Shown here: positions 58,479 through 64,000 of the stretch, one piece after another
Layout of the letters: each line of letters starts with the position of its first letter
How positions within the stretch are numbered: position 1 is the first letter of the stretch
DNA from: an uncultured Gemmatimonadales bacterium
GTDB taxonomy: Bacteria > Gemmatimonadota > Gemmatimonadetes > Longimicrobiales > RSA9
Reading direction: 5' to 3'
Length of the DNA: 64,000 nucleotides
Assembly: GCA_963816355.1 (NCBI GenBank)
Contig: CAWFKH010000001.1
Span: 384,001 to 448,000, forward strand
Notes under the pieces: generated by a model
Told to the model about the DNA's origin: nothing
Database searches by the model: none
What the model saw: the letters and a program-made list of their open reading frames with translations, nothing else
Made by a program: the position numbers and the translations under genes

Positions 58479-59591
58479 ATGCGCCCGCCGCTCCGCCTCG
58501 CCGCGTCCGCCTGCATTGCGCACCGCGGCCGCTCGCCGCTCCTCGTCGGCGCCCGCCTGTGGTCCGGCGCCCCGCTCCTCGCGCTCTCCCTGCTCCTCCT
58601 GCCGCGCGGCGTGCGCGCGCAGGAGGGGGAGCGCTACACGCTGAGCGGCGCCGAGGCCGTCGTCTACGACGTCGCGGGCCGCGTCGAGGTGGGGCGCGCG
58701 AGCGGCTCCGACGTGGAGGTCTGGGTGCGGCGCGGGGGCGACGACGCCGCCCGACTGCGCGTCGAGTCCGGCACGATCGCCGGGCGGCAGACGCTGCGCG
58801 TCGTCTCCCCCGGCGACGAGGTGCACTACGACCGCGGCGGCCACGGCGGCAACACGACGATCCGCGTGCGAGAGGACGGCACGTTCGGCAAGGGCGGCCG
58901 GCGCGTCCGCATCCGCAGCCGCGGCCGCGGCCTGGACGCGTGGGCGGACGTGCGCGTGCTGGTGCCCGCTGGCAAGCGCGTGGCGGTCTTCCTCGGCGCC
59001 GGCGAGGCGACGGCGCGCGACGTCGAGGGCGACCTGCTGCTGAACGTGGCGGCGGCGCCGGTCACGGCGGAGCGCATCCGCGGCGCGCTGCTCATCGACA
59101 CCGGGTCCGGCTCCGTGCACGTGAGCGATCTGGACGGCGCGCTCAGCGTGGACACCGGCTCCGGCAGCGTCGAAGTGACGGGAGCGAGAGGGAAGTCGCT
59201 GAAGGTGGACACCGGTTCCGGCGGCATCCGCGCCACGGACCTGACGTTCGAGGCCCTGGACCTGGACACCGGTTCCGGCTCGATCCACGCCCTCAACGTC
59301 TCCGCGCCGAAGCTCAAGCTCGACACCGGCAGCGGCGGGATCGAACTCGACCTCGCGGGCGACGTCGAGGACGCCGTGGTGTCGACCGGCTCCGGCAGCG
59401 TCCGCCTGAGCATCCCGCAATCGCTCGGCGCGCGGTTGGACGTGGACACCGGCAGCGGCGGCATCAGCGTCGACGTCCCCTTCCAGCTCACCAGCAAGGA
59501 CCACGGCGAACTGCACGGCACGCTCGGCGACGGCCGTGGCCACATCAGCATCGAGACCGGGTCCGGTTCGGTGCGGATCGGCCGGCACTGA
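58479..59591 (+). CDS. DUF4097 beta-strand repeat protein
   Basis: Repeated (D/E/S)TGSG(S/G)(V/I) units after a signal-like segment. Confidence 0.85.
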   Translation: MRPPLRLAASACIAHRGRSPLLVGARLWSGAPLLALSLLLLPRGVRAQEGERYTLSGAEAVVYDVAGRVEVGRASGSDVEVWVRRGGDDAARLRVESGTIAGRQTLRVVSPGDEVHYDRGGHGGNTTIRVREDGTFGKGGRRVRIRSRGRGLDAWADVRVLVPAGKRVAVFLGAGEATARDVEGDLLLNVAAAPVTAERIRGALLIDTGSGSVHVSDLDGALSVDTGSGSVEVTGARGKSLKVDTGSGGIRATDLTFEALDLDTGSGSIHALNVSAPKLKLDTGSGGIELDLAGDVEDAVVSTGSGSVRLSIPQSLGARLDVDTGSGGISVDVPFQLTSKDHGELHGTLGDGRGHISIETGSGSVRIGRH

Positions 59592-59705
59592 GGGGAGGCC
59601 CCGGCGCCGCAGCGCCCGCGCGGGGCCGCGCCCGCCCCCCTGCCTTGCCCACCCTTCGCGCCGCCGCCTATCTTTCGTCCCCCTTACCTCGCGAGCACGG
59701 GAGTC

Positions 59706-60833
59706 GTGGCCAGCTCCGCATTCCGCATCGGTTCGATCCTCGGATTCGAGATCCGGGTCGACTACTCCTGGTTCGTCATCTTCTTCCTGATCCTGTGGAC
59801 GTTGACGGCAGGCGTCTTCCCGTTCACGGTGCCGGGCCTGTCGCGCGGCGCCTACCTGGTGATGGGGCTGACCGGGGCGCTGCTCTTCTTCCTGTCGCTG
59901 CTCGGCCACGAGGTGTCGCACTCGATCGTGGCGCGCATGAAGGGGATCGAGGTGGCGGGGATCACGCTCTTCATCTTCGGCGGCATGGCGCACACGAAGG
60001 CGGAGGCGACGACGCCGGGCGACGAGTTCCAGATCGCGTTCGTCGGCCCGCTGAGCAGCCTGCTGATCGCGGGGCTCTTCGCGGCCGTCGTGTGGGTCGG
60101 CAGGCCGGCGGGGTGGAGCCCGGCGGTGCTGTCGGTGGCGCGCTACCTGGCGGAGTGGAACGTGCTGCTGGCGGTCTTCAACCTCCTGCCGGGATTCCCG
60201 CTGGACGGCGGCCGCGTCTTCCGCTCGATCGTGTGGAAGGCGACGGGGAGTCTCGAGCGCGCGACGCGCTGGGCCAGTACCGGCGGACAGCTCATCGGCT
60301 TCGGCCTGATCGGCTACGGCATCCTGACGGGGCTGCGCCACGGCCTGCTGAGCGGCCTCTGGCTCGTCTTCATCGGCTGGTTCCTGCGCAACGCGGCGGT
60401 GTCGAGCGGCCGCCAGAGCGCGGTGATGAACGTGCTGAGCGGCGGCCGCGCGGCGGACGCGATGACGTCCGACCCCGAAACGGTGCCGCCGGGGATCACG
60501 CTCGACCGCCTTGCCGAAGACCACTTCCTGCACCGCCACTTCAGCGCGTACCCGGTGGTGGAGGCGGGCGAGCCGGTGGGCGTCGTCACGATCGCGCAGC
60601 TCAAGGCGGTGCCGCGCGCGGAGTGGCCGGTGCGCACCGCGGGCTCCGTGATGGCGCCGCTGTCGGGGCTGATGGTCGTCGCGCCGGACGCCTCGATGCA
60701 GTCCGTGCTGGAGGCGATCCAGAGCTCGCCGGCGCAGCGCGCGCTCGTGATGGACGACGGCCACCTCGCCGGCATCGTCGCGCCGAGCGACCTCGCCGCG
60801 TGGGTGCAGCGCGTGCGCGAGCTGCGCGGCTGA
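59706..60833 (+). CDS. Site-2 protease (M50) with CBS domains
   Basis: HEVSH, FNLLPGFPLDGGR, C-terminal CBS pair. Confidence 0.92.
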   Translation: MASSAFRIGSILGFEIRVDYSWFVIFFLILWTLTAGVFPFTVPGLSRGAYLVMGLTGALLFFLSLLGHEVSHSIVARMKGIEVAGITLFIFGGMAHTKAEATTPGDEFQIAFVGPLSSLLIAGLFAAVVWVGRPAGWSPAVLSVARYLAEWNVLLAVFNLLPGFPLDGGRVFRSIVWKATGSLERATRWASTGGQLIGFGLIGYGILTGLRHGLLSGLWLVFIGWFLRNAAVSSGRQSAVMNVLSGGRAADAMTSDPETVPPGITLDRLAEDHFLHRHFSAYPVVEAGEPVGVVTIAQLKAVPRAEWPVRTAGSVMAPLSGLMVVAPDASMQSVLEAIQSSPAQRALVMDDGHLAGIVAPSDLAAWVQRVRELRG

Positions 60834-60843
60834 GGCGCGGCGC

Positions 60844-61713
60844 GTGAGCGACGGGCGCCGCCCCTCCGGCCGTTTCGTCATCCCGGCCGACCGGCTGCCG
60901 CCCGGCTTCGCGCGCTCCGTCGACGAGCCGCCCGCGGAGCCGGTCGCGCCGCGGCCCGCCGCGACGGCCGTGCTCGCGCGCGACGCGGAGCGCGGCCCGG
61001 AAGTGCTCCTGCTGCGTCGCCACCGCTCGAGCGGCTTCGTGCCGGGCGCGTGGGTCTTCCCCGGTGGCCGTGTCGACGACGCCGACGCCGACGCCGCGCT
61101 CGTCGCGCGCGCGGACGGCCTCGACGCCACGCCGGCGGCGGCGTTCTGGTTCGCGGCGGCGCGCGAGATCTTCGAGGAGACCGGCGTCCTGCTGGCGCGC
61201 GGCGCGGCCGGCGGCTGGCTGGACGGCGGCGGATCCCGCGCGCGCGAGTGGCGCGCGCGGCTGCTCGACGAGGGCGCGACGCTGCTGGAGATGCTCACGG
61301 CGCTGGACGCCCGGCTCGACCTGCGCCGCGTGGTGCCGTTCGCGCACTGGATCACGCCGGTGGTCGAGCCCCGCCGCTACGACACCCACTTCTTCCTCGC
61401 CGAGCTGCCGCCCGGCAGCGACGTCGAAGCGGACGAGCGGGAGATGACCGGCGCGCTGTGGATCCGACCGGCGGAGGCGCTCGAGCGCTTCGCGGCCTCC
61501 ACCCTGCCGATGGTGTTCCCTACCGTGCACACGCTCCAGGAGCTGGCGGCGTTCGACGCGGTGGCGGCGGCGCTGGACGCGCACCGCGGCCGCGTCGTGC
61601 GCCCGATCCTGCCGCGGCTCGTGCGGCGCGAGGGCGGCGTCGCGATCGAGATCGGTGGCGACGCGGCGGCCGACAGCGGCGGCGACGGAACGCCGGAGCC
61701 GGGCGGCCGGTAG
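60844..61713 (+). CDS. NUDIX hydrolase
   Basis: VFPGGRVD, AAREIFEETG, HWITP, RRYDTHFF. Confidence 0.88.
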   Translation: MSDGRRPSGRFVIPADRLPPGFARSVDEPPAEPVAPRPAATAVLARDAERGPEVLLLRRHRSSGFVPGAWVFPGGRVDDADADAALVARADGLDATPAAAFWFAAAREIFEETGVLLARGAAGGWLDGGGSRAREWRARLLDEGATLLEMLTALDARLDLRRVVPFAHWITPVVEPRRYDTHFFLAELPPGSDVEADEREMTGALWIRPAEALERFAASTLPMVFPTVHTLQELAAFDAVAAALDAHRGRVVRPILPRLVRREGGVAIEIGGDAAADSGGDGTPEPGGR

Positions 61714-61773
61714 GACTGAGCGTGGCGGCGCGCCGCCACGTCCGAAGGAACCCTCCTCGAACGCGACGAGTGC

Positions 61774-63237
61774 ATGCCCACCCAGCGAGCCACGACCGTA
61801 GGCGAACTCAGGGCGGCGGGCCACCGCAGCCGCTCCGTGAAGGACGAGATGCGGGCGAACCTGCTCCGCAAGCTGGAGGCGGGCGAGCGGCTCTTCCCCG
61901 GCATCGTCGGATACGACGACACGGTGATCCCGCAGATCGTCAACGCGGTCCTCGCGCGCCAGAACTTCATCCTCCTGGGCCTGCGCGGCCAGGCGAAGAG
62001 CCGCATCGTGCGCCAGCTCGTCGAGCTGCTGGACGAGGAGATGCCGATCCTGGCGGGCAGCGAGGTGAACGACGATCCGCTGCGCCCGATCTCGAAGGCG
62101 GGCCGCCTGCTTCTCGAGGACGCGGGCGACGACGCGCCGGTGGCGTGGGTGGGCCGCGACGCGCGCTTCGTCGAGAAGCTCGCCACGCCGGACGTCACGA
62201 TCGCCGACATCATCGGCGACGTCGACCCGATCCGCGCCGCGCGCGGCGGCCACGTCCTCTCCGACGAGCTGACCATCCACTACGGCCTGCTGCCGCGCGC
62301 CAACCGTGGCATCTTCGCCGTCAACGAGCTGCCGGACCTCGCCGGCAAGATCCAGGTCGGCCTCTTCAACATCATGCAGGAGGGCGACGTCCAGATCAAA
62401 GGCTACCCGGTGCGCCTGCCGCTCGACGTCCAGCTCGTCTTCACCGCGAATCCGGAGGACTACACGGCGCGCGGCAAGATCATCACGCCGCTCAAGGACC
62501 GCATCGGCGCGCAGATCATGACGCACTACCCGGAGGACGTCGCGACCGGGCAGGAGATCACGCTGCAGGAGGCGTGGATCGAGCGCGGGCGCGACGTCGT
62601 CGTGCCGGACTTCGTCGGCGAGACGATCGAGCGCGTCGCCTTCCTCGCGCGCGAGGACAAGCGCGTCGACCAGCGCTCCGGCGTGAGCCAGCGCATGCCG
62701 ATCACCGTCCTCGAGAACGCGGTCTCGAACGCGGAGCGGCGCGCGCTCGCCCGGCCGGGCGAGCCGGTGGTCACGCGCATCAGCGACATCTTCGCCGCAC
62801 TGCCCGCGATCGCCGGCAAGCTCGAGCTGGAGTACGAGGGCGAGCTGGTGGGCGCCGACGCGATCGCGCGCGAGCTGATCTCCGACGCCGCCGAGGAGAC
62901 CTTCCGCGACCGCGGTGGCGACGACGCCGAAGAGCCGCTCGACGCCGTCGTCGACTATTTCGAGAGCGGCGGCGTGTTGCAGCTCTCGGACTCCGCCTCC
63001 TCGGACGCGCTGCTGGAGGGGTTCGGCACCGTCCCGGGGCTGCTCGACGTGCTGGGCGGCCTCGGCCTCGACACGCACGACGCGCCCCACGCTGCCGCCG
63101 CGTGCGAACTGGTGCTCGAGGCGCTCGTCGCCCAGCACAGGATCAGCCGCGTCGACGGCGGCGGCTACAGCCGCGCGCCCCGGCAGCGGCCGAAGGGCGG
63201 GCCGGGCGGTGCCGGCGGGCTGACGTTCGAGGTGTAG
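61774..63237 (+). CDS. Magnesium chelatase subunit I-like AAA+ ATPase
   Basis: [39 protein letters not shown]. Confidence 0.85.
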   Translation: MPTQRATTVGELRAAGHRSRSVKDEMRANLLRKLEAGERLFPGIVGYDDTVIPQIVNAVLARQNFILLGLRGQAKSRIVRQLVELLDEEMPILAGSEVNDDPLRPISKAGRLLLEDAGDDAPVAWVGRDARFVEKLATPDVTIADIIGDVDPIRAARGGHVLSDELTIHYGLLPRANRGIFAVNELPDLAGKIQVGLFNIMQEGDVQIKGYPVRLPLDVQLVFTANPEDYTARGKIITPLKDRIGAQIMTHYPEDVATGQEITLQEAWIERGRDVVVPDFVGETIERVAFLAREDKRVDQRSGVSQRMPITVLENAVSNAERRALARPGEPVVTRISDIFAALPAIAGKLELEYEGELVGADAIARELISDAAEETFRDRGGDDAEEPLDAVVDYFESGGVLQLSDSASSDALLEGFGTVPGLLDVLGGLGLDTHDAPHAAAACELVLEALVAQHRISRVDGGGYSRAPRQRPKGGPGGAGGLTFEV

Positions 63238-63262
63238 CGGCGGCGCGGCCGGCGCCCGCCTG

Positions 63263-64000
63263 CTACAGACCCGCGAACGCCGCCAGCCGACGCTGCGCCC
63301 GCGGCAGCGGGTACTCCGCCAGCGCTCCCGGCGCGACCCACGCGTGCGGCGACTCGAGCGCGGGGTCGAGCGCGTCGTCGTCGGCGAGGAAGCGGAACGC
63401 GCTGTACCTCAGACGCAGGTGCGTGAACGCGTGCCGCACCGTGGCGACGGCGCCGGCCTCGCCCGGCGGCGCGGCGAGCGTTCGTCGCGCGACTTCGCGC
63501 GCGGTCGCCTCCGCGGAGCCCTCCGGCCCCACGCGCTCACCGGGGAACTCCCACAGCCCCGCGAGCAGGCCGCCGGGCGGGCGGCGGCGCAGCAGCACGC
63601 GGCCGCCCCGGTCGACGACGATGGCGGTGCCGACGTCGTCTTCCGGCACGCGCGCGGCGCGGCGCGGCGCCGGCCGCTCGAGCTGCGTCCCGTTCTTTCT
63701 CGCGGCGCACAGCCCGGCGACGGGGCAGCGGGCGCAGGCGGGCGAGCGCGGCGTGCAGACGAGGGAGCCGAGCTCCATCAGCGCCTGGTTGAAGTCGCCC
63801 GGGCGCGCCGCATCCACCAGGGCGCGGGCCCGCTCGCGCAGCTCGCGCTCGCGCGGCGCCGGGAGGTCGAAGACACGGGCGAGCACGCGCCGCACGTTGC
63901 CGTCGACCGCGGGCGCCGGCACGCCGAACGCGATGCTGGCGATGGCGCCGGCGGTGTAGAAGCCCACGCCGGGCAGCTCGCGCAGCGCGTCGGGGTCGGC
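63263..64000 (-). CDS. mutY: A/G-specific adenine glycosylase, 5' part outside the window
   Basis: LPGVGFYTAGA, VDGNVRRV, NQALMELG, C-x6-C-x2-C-x5-C cluster, GLWEFP, HAFTH. Confidence 0.93.
   Translation of the reverse strand, partial: ADPDALRELPGVGFYTAGAIASIAFGVPAPAVDGNVRRVLARVFDLPAPRERELRERARALVDAARPGDFNQALMELGSLVCTPRSPACARCPVAGLCAARKNGTQLERPAPRRAARVPEDDVGTAIVVDRGGRVLLRRRPPGGLLAGLWEFPGERVGPEGSAEATAREVARRTLAAPPGEAGAVATVRHAFTHLRLRYSAFRFLADDDALDPALESPHAWVAPGALAEYPLPRAQRRLAAFAGL

Noticed and set aside
59090..59570. Recurring GACACCGG-TCCGGC DNA repeats
   Set aside because: They encode the DTGSG protein repeats of DUF4097
61774..63237. Photosynthesis gene bchI
   Set aside because: Generic chelatase-like ATPase with no bch or puf genes in the window

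Overview
Very GC-rich bacterial chromosomal DNA. Gene content suggests Gemmatimonadota (inference from PadR + duplicated ABC permease pairs, the Ser/Thr kinase type and a PorX-like receiver-PglZ protein). In order, the window holds: SDR, beta-propeller and PadR genes; tRNA-Val(CAC); a RES-Xre toxin-antitoxin pair; a complete his operon with an unannotated His6 leader-peptide attenuator and a HisD-HisC fusion; an ~11-kb cluster (13.0-24.0 kb) with a radical SAM enzyme, an atypical metallophosphoesterase, an outer-membrane barrel, an SSS transporter, a MerA-like flavoprotein, DedA/TVP38 and the TIGR04282/TIGR04283-like glycosyltransferase pair; PadR + permease; a permuted aconitase; a large Ig-like surface lipoprotein; an LPS cluster with a frameshifted msbA; a truncated kinase; an M28 peptidase; a divergent BTAD-AAA/AraC pair; and housekeeping genes ending in partial mutY. 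The best novelty candidate is the radical SAM cluster. It resembles arsenosugar-type loci but has import machinery and no arsM in the window. Upstream of it lie an ECF-type promoter, a ~300-nt rod-like inverted-repeat element and a translationally coupled 37-aa uORF. All family calls come from motif recognition by eye; no searches were run.
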